Shown here: positions 1-10,088 of the stretch, in pieces | Numbering within the stretch: the stretch's first letter is position 1 | Layout of the letters: the number at the start of each line of letters is the position of its first letter | NCBI GenBank assembly: GCA_964509225.1 | Contig: CAZDWB010000006.1 | Coordinates: 4,979-68,978 of the forward strand | Reading direction: 5' to 3' | DNA: 64,000 bases | DNA from: an uncultured Sangeribacter sp. | GTDB lineage: Bacteria > Bacteroidota > Bacteroidia > Bacteroidales > Muribaculaceae | The notes under the pieces: generated by a model | What the model was told of the DNA's origin: nothing | Seen by the model: only the letters and a program-made list of their open reading frames with translations | Database searches by the model: none | Position numbers and translations under genes: made by a program

Positions 1-1
1 A

Positions 2-1573
2 AATAGATCTGACCTTTTATACCTTCTTTTCCGTCGAGGATGGATGATTAGTAATAGAAAACTAAACTCCGAAAAGTTGTCCAAGTTTCCCTTTTTTGGC
101 AAATGGAAAATTTTTGAGGAATGTAATATTCAATTCATTTTACATCAAGACTCGAATATCTTTTTCTACACATCTAGTAAAAATAATTTAACATTTTTTC
201 TAATTGGGCATGCTTATAACCCTTTTACGATGGAGGAAAATGAAATAAATATTTTACAGTATATTTCAGATGTTTTTTTCGAACCGATAAAATTTCAAGA
301 GAGGATAAATGAACTTACTGGAATATTTATATTAGGTTGGATAAGAGAAAATAGATATATTTCATACATTCTAGACCCATCTGGGATACAAACAGCTTGT
401 TATGGAAATGTCAATTCAAATTTTATTTTAGTATCACATCCTCAAATTGCAGCTGATGTATATAATCTAAAGTTTGATATAGAAGTAAGTGAGATTGTAA
501 AATACAAATGGTATCCAAGAGTATTAGGATCCTATTTACCGGGTGATTTAACACAGTATAAAGAACTCAAACGAATCATTCCAAATTTCCTTTATCATAC
601 TGATTTACAATATTATCATACCACCTATAGAAGAATTTACCCACTCAATCCACTTCCCGAAGTAAAAAGTGAAGAAGATTATAAAAAAATTATCTACAAA
701 GGAGCGAATATTTTAAAATGTAGTATGGATTTAGTTGTAAAAAAATGGAAAAATCCTGCTATTTCCTTAACCGGAGGTATAGATTCACAAACTACATTTG
801 CGGCGGCAGTAGGTAATTATAATAGAATTAATGCCTTTAGTTACTTGTCAAACCATGAGGAATCAATAGATATCATAGCAGCAAGAAAAACAGCGAATGC
901 CTTTAATGTACCATATCGGCTCTATGAAATTCCAATAGATTCAAATAAAATCAATGATTATAATTTAAAAGCTGCAATTTTTGAACATAACAGCGGATAT
1001 ATTTCCTTCCTTAGACCTAATGAAATGCGCAAACGAATTGTCTTGGAACAGGATTTTGAATTTGATGTCGAAGTAAAATCTTGGGTTAGTGAAACAATTC
1101 GTGCATGTCAGTATAAGAGGTATCGAAAGAAAAAACTTCCTAGACTCTCACCTCAACTCTTTAGAAATCTATATAAAATATTTATTACTAATAGAAGTCT
1201 GGCTCATAAGCTAGATAAAATTTTTGCCGATTATATCGAAGATTACGAATATAATAAGTTACCCAAAGGTTATGATATTACTGATATGTACTTTTGGGAA
1301 GTTGGCTGGGGAAGTTGGGGCTCCCTCAATATCTCGGAAATGATGGTATATTCTGATATTACTATCATCTATAATAATCGTAAATTTCTTGATCTGTTGT
1401 TGCGAACTCCTCTTGAAAAACGTATTTCCGATGACAACCACAGAGATATGAAAAAATATCTTAATGAAAAATTATATGATATGAATATAGAAGTGGTGAA
1501 TATGAGTGAAGATTGGAGACGAGCTGCTTTTTTAAGAGCTATTTTTGATATTAACATGTTATTTAAAAAATAA
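2..1573 (+). CDS. Polysaccharide-locus protein with asparagine-synthetase-like (PP-loop) domain; probably 5'-truncated by the window edge
   Basis: The ORF track starts at 44, but the frame is open back to position 2 (NRSDLLYLLFRRGW-MISN...). SLTGGIDS is a PP-loop-like motif, and the DPSGIQTACY segment resembles AsnB N-terminal domains. It lies just upstream of a sugar transferase. Confidence 0.6.
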   Translation, partial: NRSDLLYLLFRRGWMISNRKLNSEKLSKFPFFGKWKIFEECNIQFILHQDSNIFFYTSSKNNLTFFLIGHAYNPFTMEENEINILQYISDVFFEPIKFQERINELTGIFILGWIRENRYISYILDPSGIQTACYGNVNSNFILVSHPQIAADVYNLKFDIEVSEIVKYKWYPRVLGSYLPGDLTQYKELKRIIPNFLYHTDLQYYHTTYRRIYPLNPLPEVKSEEDYKKIIYKGANILKCSMDLVVKKWKNPAISLTGGIDSQTTFAAAVGNYNRINAFSYLSNHEESIDIIAARKTANAFNVPYRLYEIPIDSNKINDYNLKAAIFEHNSGYISFLRPNEMRKRIVLEQDFEFDVEVKSWVSETIRACQYKRYRKKKLPRLSPQLFRNLYKIFITNRSLAHKLDKIFADYIEDYEYNKLPKGYDITDMYFWEVGWGSWGSLNISEMMVYSDITIIYNNRKFLDLLLRTPLEKRISDDNHRDMKKYLNEKLYDMNIEVVNMSEDWRRAAFLRAIFDINMLFKK

Positions 1574-1622
1574 CAATTTTATTGTAAAAGGCTATTTTTT
1601 AATACATTATATTAAAAAAACC

Positions 1623-2225
1623 ATGTATTCAAAGTTTAAGCGGTGCTTTGATTGCTTAGTGGCAATCATGGCACTAATTCTTTTATCTCCAATTTTACTT
1701 CTTACAGCTTTAGCAATAAAAATTGAGAGTCGAGGTCCGGTTATTTTTAAACAAGAAAGATTGGGAAAAAATGGAAAGGTCTTTAAAATATTAAAATTTC
1801 GTTCAATGGTGGTTGGTGCGGAAAAGACAGGGACCGGAGTTTACTCCTTTAAAGGTGACAATAGAATAACAAAAGTGGGAAAATTAATTCGTTCAACGAG
1901 TATTGACGAATTACCGCAACTTATAAATATTATAAAGGGAGAAATGGCTTTAATTGGACCTCGTCCTGCTCTTACATATCATCCTTGGACATTTGATAAG
2001 TATTCCCATCACCAAAAAAAGATGTTTGACGTCTTACCCGGAGTTACCGGTTGGGCTCAGATAAATGGAAGAAAAGAAGTCCCCTGGCCAGAACGAATTG
2101 AGCTAAACGCATGGTATGCTGAAAATTTTTCTTTCTCTTTAGATCTGAAAATTTTCTTTCTTACAATTTTTAAGGTTGTAACCAATGTCAATAACGAAAA
2201 CACCTCTAAAACCGGCAACAAATAA
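1623..2225 (+). CDS. Bacterial sugar transferase (priming undecaprenyl-phosphate glycosyl-1-phosphate transferase, WcaJ/PglC-like)
   Basis: KRCFD..., FKQERLGKNGKVFKILKFRSM, SIDELPQLINIIKGEMALIGPRP and PGVTGWAQINGR motifs. ATG at 1623 preferred over 1545. Confidence 0.92.
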   Translation: MYSKFKRCFDCLVAIMALILLSPILLLTALAIKIESRGPVIFKQERLGKNGKVFKILKFRSMVVGAEKTGTGVYSFKGDNRITKVGKLIRSTSIDELPQLINIIKGEMALIGPRPALTYHPWTFDKYSHHQKKMFDVLPGVTGWAQINGRKEVPWPERIELNAWYAENFSFSLDLKIFFLTIFKVVTNVNNENTSKTGNK

Positions 2226-2249
2226 CATCCTGTTTAATAATTTCTTTTT

Positions 2250-3095
2250 ATGCTTAACTTAATATATATCACCAATCAACCCAAAATTGCAAAAATAGCT
2301 GAAAGGGCAGGTGTTGATTGGATATTTGTTGATATGGAATGGATTGGCAAAAACAAACGCCAAGGAGGACTTGATACGGTTCAAAACCATCATACTTTTG
2401 AAGATATTAAGAAGATTAAGTCAGCAATATCAAGCGCTAAAGTTTTAGTTCGTGTAAACCCAATTCATGAGGAATTAAACGATTATCCCTCATCTGAAAA
2501 AGAGATTAAAAAAACTATTAAAGCCGGTGCCGATATAATAATGTTGCCTTTCTTCAAAACGCCTGAAGAAGTAAGCAGATTTATAAAATACGTTGACGGT
2601 AAGGCACGCACATTATTACTTGTAGAAACAAAGGAGGCAGTCGAAAATATTGATGAAATTTTATCATTTACCGGCATAGACGAAATTTATATCGGTTTAA
2701 ATGACTTACATCTATCCTATAACCTTGATTTCATGTTCCAGTTACTCGAAAATGGAACAGTTGATATGTTGGCAAAAAAATTTAAAGCCAAGGGGATACC
2801 TTTTGGTTTTGGTGGTATTGCCAAAATCGGAGGAGGTTTACTGCCGGCAGAACATATAATTGCAGAGCATTTTCGTTTAGGATCAACGCGGGGAATTTTA
2901 TCTCGTTCCTTTTGTGATTGTAATAAATTGAATGACCTTAATAATATTGCAACAATATTTGAAAATGGAGTTTCTGATATAAGAGTTCTGGAAGAAAATC
3001 TCTCCACGCAAAATGATAATTTTTTTGAGAAGAACCGCTGGTTTGTAAAAAAATCCGTCCAAAATATAGTAAATACTATTCGTTCAAAAAAATGA
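2250..3095 (+). CDS. HpcH/HpaI aldolase / citrate lyase-like protein
   Basis: WIFVDME, VLVRVNP, IMLPFFK, LLLVETKEA and YIGLNDLHLS motifs of the HpcH/HpaI TIM-barrel family. Confidence 0.8.
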   Translation: MLNLIYITNQPKIAKIAERAGVDWIFVDMEWIGKNKRQGGLDTVQNHHTFEDIKKIKSAISSAKVLVRVNPIHEELNDYPSSEKEIKKTIKAGADIIMLPFFKTPEEVSRFIKYVDGKARTLLLVETKEAVENIDEILSFTGIDEIYIGLNDLHLSYNLDFMFQLLENGTVDMLAKKFKAKGIPFGFGGIAKIGGGLLPAEHIIAEHFRLGSTRGILSRSFCDCNKLNDLNNIATIFENGVSDIRVLEENLSTQNDNFFEKNRWFVKKSVQNIVNTIRSKK

Positions 3096-3994
3096 ATATT
3101 CTCATTACAGGTGCTTTCAAATATACTCCATGTCAATTAAATCAAATTAAGGATCTTGGGGTCAAGGTGATAAATATGCCTATAGAAAGTGAAAATTTAC
3201 CCGTTAACCCTTTAGACGTTGAAGGAATTATTTGCAATGGTCTCTTTCTATATCATGATATATCTCAATTTTCGAACTTGAAATTTATTCAACTTACAAG
3301 TGCTGGTCTTGATAGAATTCCTCTTCAATATATATTAGACAATGAAATTAAACTCTATAACGCGAGGGGAGTTTATAGTAAACCTATGGCAGAATGGGTA
3401 TTAATGAGAATTCTTGAAAGGAATAAACATTCCGAACACTTTAATTCTGCACAAAAAGCTAATAGGTGGGAAAAGGATAGAGAACTAATCGAGCTCTCCG
3501 GCAAAAAGGCTGCCATCATAGGAGCTGGAAATGTTGGGCAAGAAATAGCCAAAAGATTATCTTCTTTTGATGTGAATATTACCGGTTATGATATTCACAA
3601 AAATAACATTCAGTTTTTTGATACTATTAAGCTAATCAAGGATTTCTTAAAAGAGGTAGAAATTTTTGATTATATCATTATCACAGCACCTTTAACTCCA
3701 GATACAAAAAACCTCATGAATATTTCTGTTTTAGAACGCATGAAAAAAGGCAGTATGCTTATAAATGTATCAAGAGGAGGAATACTAAATGAAGAGGATC
3801 TAATTAATCTCTTTTCTAAACGAAATGATCTTTATGCAGCTTTAGATGTCTTTGAAAAAGAACCTCTTCCGGAAGATTCCATATTGTGGCAAATGAATAA
3901 TATAAAGGTATCTCCTCATAATTCTTTTGTTGGGGAAGGTAATCAGCAGAGATTGTTTGAAGTTGTTCTATCAAACTTAAAGAAATCTATTTAA
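3092..3994 (+). CDS. D-isomer-specific 2-hydroxyacid dehydrogenase (NAD-binding)
   Basis: IIGAGNVG Rossmann motif, LINVSRGG, ALDVFEKEPL and SPH catalytic His. ATGA overlap with the aldolase. Confidence 0.88.
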   Translation: MNILITGAFKYTPCQLNQIKDLGVKVINMPIESENLPVNPLDVEGIICNGLFLYHDISQFSNLKFIQLTSAGLDRIPLQYILDNEIKLYNARGVYSKPMAEWVLMRILERNKHSEHFNSAQKANRWEKDRELIELSGKKAAIIGAGNVGQEIAKRLSSFDVNITGYDIHKNNIQFFDTIKLIKDFLKEVEIFDYIIITAPLTPDTKNLMNISVLERMKKGSMLINVSRGGILNEEDLINLFSKRNDLYAALDVFEKEPLPEDSILWQMNNIKVSPHNSFVGEGNQQRLFEVVLSNLKKSI

Positions 3995-4251
3995 ATAATA
4001 AAAACAAGCTGTATTGAAAACGACTCTTTGGTCTTCAATAAATAAAAAATGACGAACAATTTTATAAAAAATATAATTCCAAATTATAATTAATACTATA
4101 ACATACAAAATAATATAGAATCTTAAAAGAAGTAATGGTCAGAATTTCAAAAACATTCCAGATTAATGATTATTTGTCGAATTATAGAAGAATTTTTATA
4201 ACAATTAAAAAAATTCAAAATATTAAATTCAAATATTCTAAGCATTCTTCG

Positions 4252-5091
4252 ATGAAACAAATGTTTGGGAAAGATTTTATAAAGTATTCGTGGATTACAG
4301 TAGTAATTCTTATTTTTTTATGCTTTCTCCCTTTCCTTCTTACTCACCACGGACCAAAATTATTGGATTTTTCTCACACAGGAGAAATTGGTGATACTAT
4401 TGGGGGGACGATGAGTCCCTTTGTAGCAATTTTTGCAGCAATACTTACTTTCCTTGCTTTTTGGGTTCAATACAACGCTAACGAACAACAGCGACATGAC
4501 ATTGCCTTAGAAAGATTTGAAAGCAATCTTTTTCAATTAATATCGGTTCAAGAGGAAATCACCAATAATCTTACCTATTATTTATCTCAAAACAGCACCA
4601 CTAATGATATTCTGAAGGGAAGAAGGATTTTCGAATTTCTTTATCTGGAAAGAAGACTTGATTGGCAAAAAGGAATTCGAGGAAGTATCGAACATGAGGG
4701 AATCAAAGTAATAGAAAATGATAAATCATTAGGTTGTCTGGATCATTATTTCCGACATCTTTACAGGATATTTAAATATATTGATGATGAAAAAAAATTG
4801 GAACTTACAAAGAAAGAAAAATATGAGGATACATCTATAGTACGTTCGATGCTGTCTGAATATGAACTGCTCATCCTATTTTATAACTGTCTGGCTATTA
4901 ATAGTAACCATTCTTTCAAAGAATTAATTGAGGATTATGCAATTCTTAATAACATCCGGTGTGATCATTTAGCTCTTATAGAAGAACAAAACTATTATAA
5001 AGAGCTTTTGAAATCAGACTCATATATAGTTAAAAATTTACCTCCACAGAATCTTTACACAAAATCAGCATTTGTTTTTTCAGATAAATAA
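4252..5091 (+). CDS. Putative phage abortive infection protein (putAbiC-like) with N-terminal membrane segments
   Basis: GEIGDTIGG plus hydrophobic helices, ERFESNLFQLI, LDHYFRHLYRIFKYID and IVRSMLSEYELLILFYNCL, typical of the putAbiC family. Start 4252 preferred; the ORF is open from 4135. Confidence 0.75.
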   Translation: MKQMFGKDFIKYSWITVVILIFLCFLPFLLTHHGPKLLDFSHTGEIGDTIGGTMSPFVAIFAAILTFLAFWVQYNANEQQRHDIALERFESNLFQLISVQEEITNNLTYYLSQNSTTNDILKGRRIFEFLYLERRLDWQKGIRGSIEHEGIKVIENDKSLGCLDHYFRHLYRIFKYIDDEKKLELTKKEKYEDTSIVRSMLSEYELLILFYNCLAINSNHSFKELIEDYAILNNIRCDHLALIEEQNYYKELLKSDSYIVKNLPPQNLYTKSAFVFSDK

Positions 5092-5102
5092 TTCTTTTAA
5101 TT

Positions 5103-7067
5103 ATGGACTCAAAAATATTAAAAATTGAACCTAAAGAAGCAACAGAAAATATTCCTTCAAAAGATAGAGAATCATATCAGACAATAGACTCTGATGAAAA
5201 AGTTGATGCTTATAGTGTAGTGGAGAATATTTATGCTCTTCGTTCAAATTTCTTGATTATTGGGCTTACTGGTAGAACCGGTAGTGGTTGCTCTACTGTG
5301 GCAGAAATTCTTTCTGAAAAAGAATTTTCAAAATACAAGTCTAACTATAAATCCTTTAATTCCGGGCAGATTACAAATCAAGTCCGTAAAGACAGAATTG
5401 TTCATAATTTTTTAGAAAAAAATTGGGTCCCATTTACAGTAATCAAGGTACGTGATCTTATTTACTATTTTGCATTTCAACTCTCTTTTGATGATTTCGT
5501 AGACGCAGTAATTAAAGGTTATCAAAAAGATAAAGACCTCGGCAATGGAGAAGGAGATAATGAAGAAAATACTGATTACTCTGACAGAATTAAAGAATGC
5601 CTTACCCAGTTTAACTATGACGATATTCACAAAAAAATAACTGAACTAAAAGAATTTTTTGATAAAAGAGGATATCGTGATACAGAAGAACCTGATGAAC
5701 TTATTAAATATACAGATATGATTTTTATGGACTTATCTGATTCCAAAAAAGATATTGAAGAAAAACTAAATAAAATTTCTAAATCAATACTTCCAAGAAT
5801 TCTACAAACCTGGGGAGATAATATTAGAACATATAAAAGTGTTGTAGTAGGTGAACGAGTCAAAGATGCACCCGAAGCGCTTGCCAGAGTTGTTAATCAA
5901 ACCATTAAACTTATTAGAACTATAAATGACCTTAAAAGAAAAAAATCGTCAGGAGATGAACAATTTCAAACCTGTATCGTAATTGATAGTCTTAGAAATC
6001 CTTTTGAAATTCTCTTTTTTAGAGAAAGATGGTCTTCTTTCTATTGTATGTCAATAAATACTACACGTGAAATAAGATATAGTAAACTTATGACATTCAA
6101 GAAATTATCATTAGACGATATTTATAATATCGATGAAAGAGAGAAAGAAAAAAAGAATGTAGGCAACTCTTTCAGTCAAATAGACATTGATAGATGTATT
6201 CAGCTGTCGGACATATTTGTTAATCACGATGGAACACCACATACCCGAAATTTCAATCTTATAAATCAATTACATACCTACATAGCACTAATGTTGCATC
6301 CTGGGTTAATCCCCCCATCTTCTCAGGAACGTCTAATGCAAGTTGCGTATACTGCTAAACTTAATTCCGGCTGTCTGTCTCGACAAGTTGGGGCAGCCAT
6401 TACTGATGAGGAATATTCTTTGAAAGGGATAGGGTGGAATTCTTCACCGTCCGGCACTGTTCCCTGTTCTTTAAGAAATATGGATGATCTTTATAATCAA
6501 GAGGATTTGAATGCTTTTAGTGAACATGAGATAAAAAATAAAGAATTCCAGGAAAGAATTTCATTAATCAGTAATAAAGCCTCGGAAGGATGGAAGAACT
6601 TTAAAAATCTGAATGGAATTGGATTATCATATTGTTTTAAAGATATTCATGGTGGTATTAATCCAAAGCAAAAGTATAATCAAGTCCATACTCGTAGTCT
6701 GCATGCTGAAGAGAATGCGTTTCTCCAAATTGCTAAATATGGTGGAATGGGAATAAAAGGTGGGAAGCTATTTACAACTGCAAGTTGTTGTGAGTTATGC
6801 GCAAAAAAAGCTTATCATTTAGGAATAAAGGAAATCTATTATATAGATTCATATCCTGGAATTTCCATGCCACACGTCTTAAGTGTTGGCTCTTTAAGTC
6901 AACGACCCAAAATGATACTATTCAGTGGTGCTGTAGGTAGAGCATACGTTAATCTCTTTAATCCATTTATGCCATTGAAGGATGAATTTGAAGCGAGAAC
7001 AGGAATAAATATGAAAGACGTGGAAGATAGTAAACATAAAGATTCAAAGACCTATTTAACAAAATAG
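5103..7067 (+). CDS. Anti-phage dCTP deaminase (Dcd/AvcD type: P-loop kinase + deoxycytidylate deaminase)
   Basis: N-terminal IIGLTGRTGSGCST P-loop and VIDSLRNPFE. C-terminal AKLNSGCLSRQVGA, HAEENA and CCELCAKK zinc-deaminase motifs. Confidence 0.88.
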   Translation: MDSKILKIEPKEATENIPSKDRESYQTIDSDEKVDAYSVVENIYALRSNFLIIGLTGRTGSGCSTVAEILSEKEFSKYKSNYKSFNSGQITNQVRKDRIVHNFLEKNWVPFTVIKVRDLIYYFAFQLSFDDFVDAVIKGYQKDKDLGNGEGDNEENTDYSDRIKECLTQFNYDDIHKKITELKEFFDKRGYRDTEEPDELIKYTDMIFMDLSDSKKDIEEKLNKISKSILPRILQTWGDNIRTYKSVVVGERVKDAPEALARVVNQTIKLIRTINDLKRKKSSGDEQFQTCIVIDSLRNPFEILFFRERWSSFYCMSINTTREIRYSKLMTFKKLSLDDIYNIDEREKEKKNVGNSFSQIDIDRCIQLSDIFVNHDGTPHTRNFNLINQLHTYIALMLHPGLIPPSSQERLMQVAYTAKLNSGCLSRQVGAAITDEEYSLKGIGWNSSPSGTVPCSLRNMDDLYNQEDLNAFSEHEIKNKEFQERISLISNKASEGWKNFKNLNGIGLSYCFKDIHGGINPKQKYNQVHTRSLHAEENAFLQIAKYGGMGIKGGKLFTTASCCELCAKKAYHLGIKEIYYIDSYPGISMPHVLSVGSLSQRPKMILFSGAVGRAYVNLFNPFMPLKDEFEARTGINMKDVEDSKHKDSKTYLTK

Positions 7068-7081
7068 TAAACAAAGAAAAG

Positions 7082-7459
7082 ATGGCTATTATAATAGAAA
7101 CTGATTACATTGATAGTATATATAATGGACTTATCGAAAAAATACATTCCGGTCAAATCAAGACATGGATTATTGATAATGATAAAGACATTACGATAGC
7201 TAATATGAGATGGAGAAATAAAGCTTGGTTTAAAATTAAAAAAAAACCGGAAAACAACCAGCTCTTATTCGGAATCATTCCTTCAAGAAGGAATGAAATG
7301 TCTAAAGCTCTGTATGGAATATTTCATGGAAGATTAATTTCTACACTTCTCGCCCATTTTGATGAAGAAATAGAAGATATCAGAGTCACACCGGGATTTT
7401 ATGTTGATATCGATTATATCCCCTCTGAACTATTAGAGGAAATTAATTCAAGTACTTAA
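7082..7459 (+). CDS. Small hypothetical protein (125 aa) co-oriented with the dCTP deaminase
   Basis: Starts 14 nt after the deaminase stop. Aromatic-rich motifs TWIIDND, WRNKAW and YGIFHGRLI...LLAHFD look family-like. Confidence 0.7.
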   Translation: MAIIIETDYIDSIYNGLIEKIHSGQIKTWIIDNDKDITIANMRWRNKAWFKIKKKPENNQLLFGIIPSRRNEMSKALYGIFHGRLISTLLAHFDEEIEDIRVTPGFYVDIDYIPSELLEEINSST

Positions 7460-7490
7460 ATTTATAAAATAGTATAGATGAGGGGGATGG

Positions 7491-7522
7491 TTTGGTAGTT
7501 TGAGACAGATTTGGTAATTTTG
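7491..7522 (+). promoter_or_regulatory. Bacteroidetes primary-sigma promoter for the TIR-STAND module
   Basis: TTTG at 7491-7494, 20-nt spacer, TAATTTTG at 7515-7522; ATG follows at 7563. Confidence 0.7.
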
Positions 7523-7562
7523 ATGATGTAAATGTTTTACTGATGAGTTTTATCCCCGTATC

Positions 7563-10088
7563 ATGAATTTGGGTTTGCAACATAGTTTTAAGGTGTTTCT
7601 TTCGTGGGAGTCCGATGTGCCGGGCATGAAGGATTTCCTCGATAGGATTCTTACTGAGAGTGCCGCTAAAGTTGCTGACAACAAAAATATACAGATTTCT
7701 GTAGATGAGGCTACCCGCAATCTTCCGGGTTCCCCTAATATCATTAACTCCTTGATTTCTAAAATTGAGAAGTGTGATATATTTGTGGCTGATATTACTC
7801 CGATTGAATGGCGCTCCAAAGGTGAGGGTGATAAAGAATCAATCAAGCTTAACCCTAATCCAAACGTGATGTTTGAATTAGGTTACGCTGTTGCCCTTAA
7901 AGGTTGGGATAGGGTGATTTTAGTGCGCAAGGAGGATGGTTCTGATTACAAGGATATTCCTTCTGATATTTTATTTAATCTTTCGGAAATTATCTCAGCT
8001 GATAAAGATGTAGATTTATCATTTAAAATTGAAAAAATTATCGATACCATTCTTTCTGCTCAAAAGGAACAGTATCCTTATTTCTTTAATGAAGAGAGGT
8101 TAAAACTCAATCTGAAATCGGAGAAATATATCCCCGAAGTTTATCTGGACGATTATCTTACCAGACAGAAAATCCGATTTTTTATAGACCCTTATTCTTT
8201 ATATCGCAAGGAGCTGGATGAATTAAAAATTCTGAATTTCGATCTCCTTAATTCCAAATACAGAGTTCAGGGAATAAAGGAGTTTAATCTTGATCTCTCT
8301 TTATTTCCGGAGAATATTACTCACAATTCCTTTTCCGAATCATTAGATATTTTAAAGGTTTGCCGGGACCAACTCAATAGTACTTATGAATTTCTATATC
8401 ACTCGGGCAATGATGGATGGAAAAGTTCATATAAGTTAAGAGACCGCCAGGAGCGTTTTGATTTTGCTGCAAAGCGCGTTTTACTAATTAAGGAGGTTGC
8501 CGGTCAAGGGAAAACCAACCTGATATGCAATATTGTGGATAAGTTCCTCTTAAGACGGGGAATCCCTTTTCTTTGGCTTAATGGTTATGAAATAGATGGT
8601 AATGATTTTGAAGGGAGTTTTCTTAAAAATGCCCTTCATAATCATTTTAAGTCATTGGAAGAAGGGATACGTGTAGCGGAAGGTTTATGTCAATACACTC
8701 ACAAACCGCTGATTATTATTATTGATGGATTGAATGAAATAAAATATGAGGGTCGGCTGGTAAGTCGCCTAAATGCTTTCATTAATCTTTTGCTGAGTTA
8801 TGAGCATATCAGGGTCATCCTTACTTGCCGGAAAGAATATTTCGAAGAGAAGTTCAAGGATAATTATGGTCTGTCCTCCGAAACGGTGATAATTCAGCGT
8901 CTGAATCATATCACTCATAATCCCGCTAAGAGACGTCTGTTGCTTGAAGGATACTGTAAACATTTTAATATAACATTAGATGTCAGCGACCTTGAGGAAG
9001 AATATCTTACAAATAATATGCTGTTTCTTAGGATATTCTGCGATGTAAACCGGGGAAAGAAAATAAACAGGATTGACCGGAGGAAATACCATCTGTTTGC
9101 TGAGTATTATGAGAACTCAATTTATTCTCTTTCTCAACAAATCAATGTTGTGACCGGAGAGAATTTTACGAAGAGTGATATCCGGTCGTTCTATCTTAAT
9201 ATAATCTCGTTGATGATCGGAAGAGACTCCTTATACAATATCCCTTTAGAGGAAGTCAGAGGGAATCTCGACTCTCGATTCCGTGGATTTCTGGAAAATA
9301 TATTGGACGAGAATATTCTGATTAAGAGGGAGCTCGACAAGGAGGGGGAAGTGATATCTTTCACTTACGATGAATTTCGCGACTTTATGATTGCCAAATA
9401 TCTTGTTGATATTATCTTGATTCAGAAAGGGGATGAACAGATGTTCAGGAAATTCCTGGATAATCTTCAGGAGGCGAATCCTAAAGAGGGTATTTTACCT
9501 TTCCTGTTTGTACATATTTGGGAAAATCATAAAAAACAAGCTAAGGATATCATAAAGAGCTATAATTGGTGTGATGCTTTATTCGCTCTGAATATCTGGA
9601 AAGTTGAGGATAAAATAATCTCGCATGAGGATATGGAAAAGGTCAAAAGATTGTTTAAAAAATTCCCTTACCGTATCACCTTTGACCTTTTATACAGATG
9701 GGATCTTAAAACTTATAAGAATCTGAACATCAATACCCTCATTGACATAGTCGGGAGTTTTGACGATGGTGATTTGATGAAATATATCGAATTTGTTTTC
9801 AGTCCTAAGAAGCAACGGAATAATTACTATATGCGAAAAGAAGATGATAGTTTAGGTGCCCAATTCATCAACCAAATAAAGATTCTTATTAACGATAAAC
9901 TATATGTTGACCGTAAGGCTCTGAAACATCTTATAAAATTTTCATTATTCCTGACCCCTAAATATCCTAAATTGCGACTTTTGATTGAACAATACCTCAA
10001 CGATTCAAACGATAGGGAAATCATTGACGGTATTCTTACTGTTACCAAGAGCCAGGAGGTATCTGAAATTTTACAGCAATGGAGATGA
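7563..10088 (+). CDS. TIR-like/nucleoside-deoxyribosyltransferase-like N-terminal domain fused to a STAND (NACHT-like) NTPase; NLR/Avs-like defence candidate
   Basis: N-terminus FLSWESD...DEATRNLPGSPNI...CDIFVADIT...NPNVMFELGYA with a putative catalytic Glu. Walker A EVAGQGKTN, Walker B IIIIDGLNE, then VILTCR and FTYDEFRDF, then a helical C-terminal region. Confidence 0.75.
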   Translation: MNLGLQHSFKVFLSWESDVPGMKDFLDRILTESAAKVADNKNIQISVDEATRNLPGSPNIINSLISKIEKCDIFVADITPIEWRSKGEGDKESIKLNPNPNVMFELGYAVALKGWDRVILVRKEDGSDYKDIPSDILFNLSEIISADKDVDLSFKIEKIIDTILSAQKEQYPYFFNEERLKLNLKSEKYIPEVYLDDYLTRQKIRFFIDPYSLYRKELDELKILNFDLLNSKYRVQGIKEFNLDLSLFPENITHNSFSESLDILKVCRDQLNSTYEFLYHSGNDGWKSSYKLRDRQERFDFAAKRVLLIKEVAGQGKTNLICNIVDKFLLRRGIPFLWLNGYEIDGNDFEGSFLKNALHNHFKSLEEGIRVAEGLCQYTHKPLIIIIDGLNEIKYEGRLVSRLNAFINLLLSYEHIRVILTCRKEYFEEKFKDNYGLSSETVIIQRLNHITHNPAKRRLLLEGYCKHFNITLDVSDLEEEYLTNNMLFLRIFCDVNRGKKINRIDRRKYHLFAEYYENSIYSLSQQINVVTGENFTKSDIRSFYLNIISLMIGRDSLYNIPLEEVRGNLDSRFRGFLENILDENILIKRELDKEGEVISFTYDEFRDFMIAKYLVDIILIQKGDEQMFRKFLDNLQEANPKEGILPFLFVHIWENHKKQAKDIIKSYNWCDALFALNIWKVEDKIISHEDMEKVKRLFKKFPYRITFDLLYRWDLKTYKNLNINTLIDIVGSFDDGDLMKYIEFVFSPKKQRNNYYMRKEDDSLGAQFINQIKILINDKLYVDRKALKHLIKFSLFLTPKYPKLRLLIEQYLNDSNDREIIDGILTVTKSQEVSEILQQWR

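Noticed and set aside
4012-4040. Hairpin TATTGAA...TTCAATA at the left edge of the island as a terminator
   Set aside because: AT-rich stem with an internal bulge and no adjacent U tract in the sense direction.
4900-5250. AvcI-like antitoxin RNA upstream of the deaminase
   Set aside because: The region is protein-coding and I cannot identify a structured RNA by eye; needs RNA-seq.
7238-7246. A9 tract in the 125-aa gene as a phase-variation site
   Set aside because: It encodes an in-frame Lys run in AT-rich DNA, where such runs are expected.
7478-7562. Invertible promoter (GGGGAT...ATCCCC flanking the promoter) as in Bacteroides capsule loci
   Set aside because: Only ~6 bp of inverted match and no recombinase nearby; known invertible-promoter repeats are longer.
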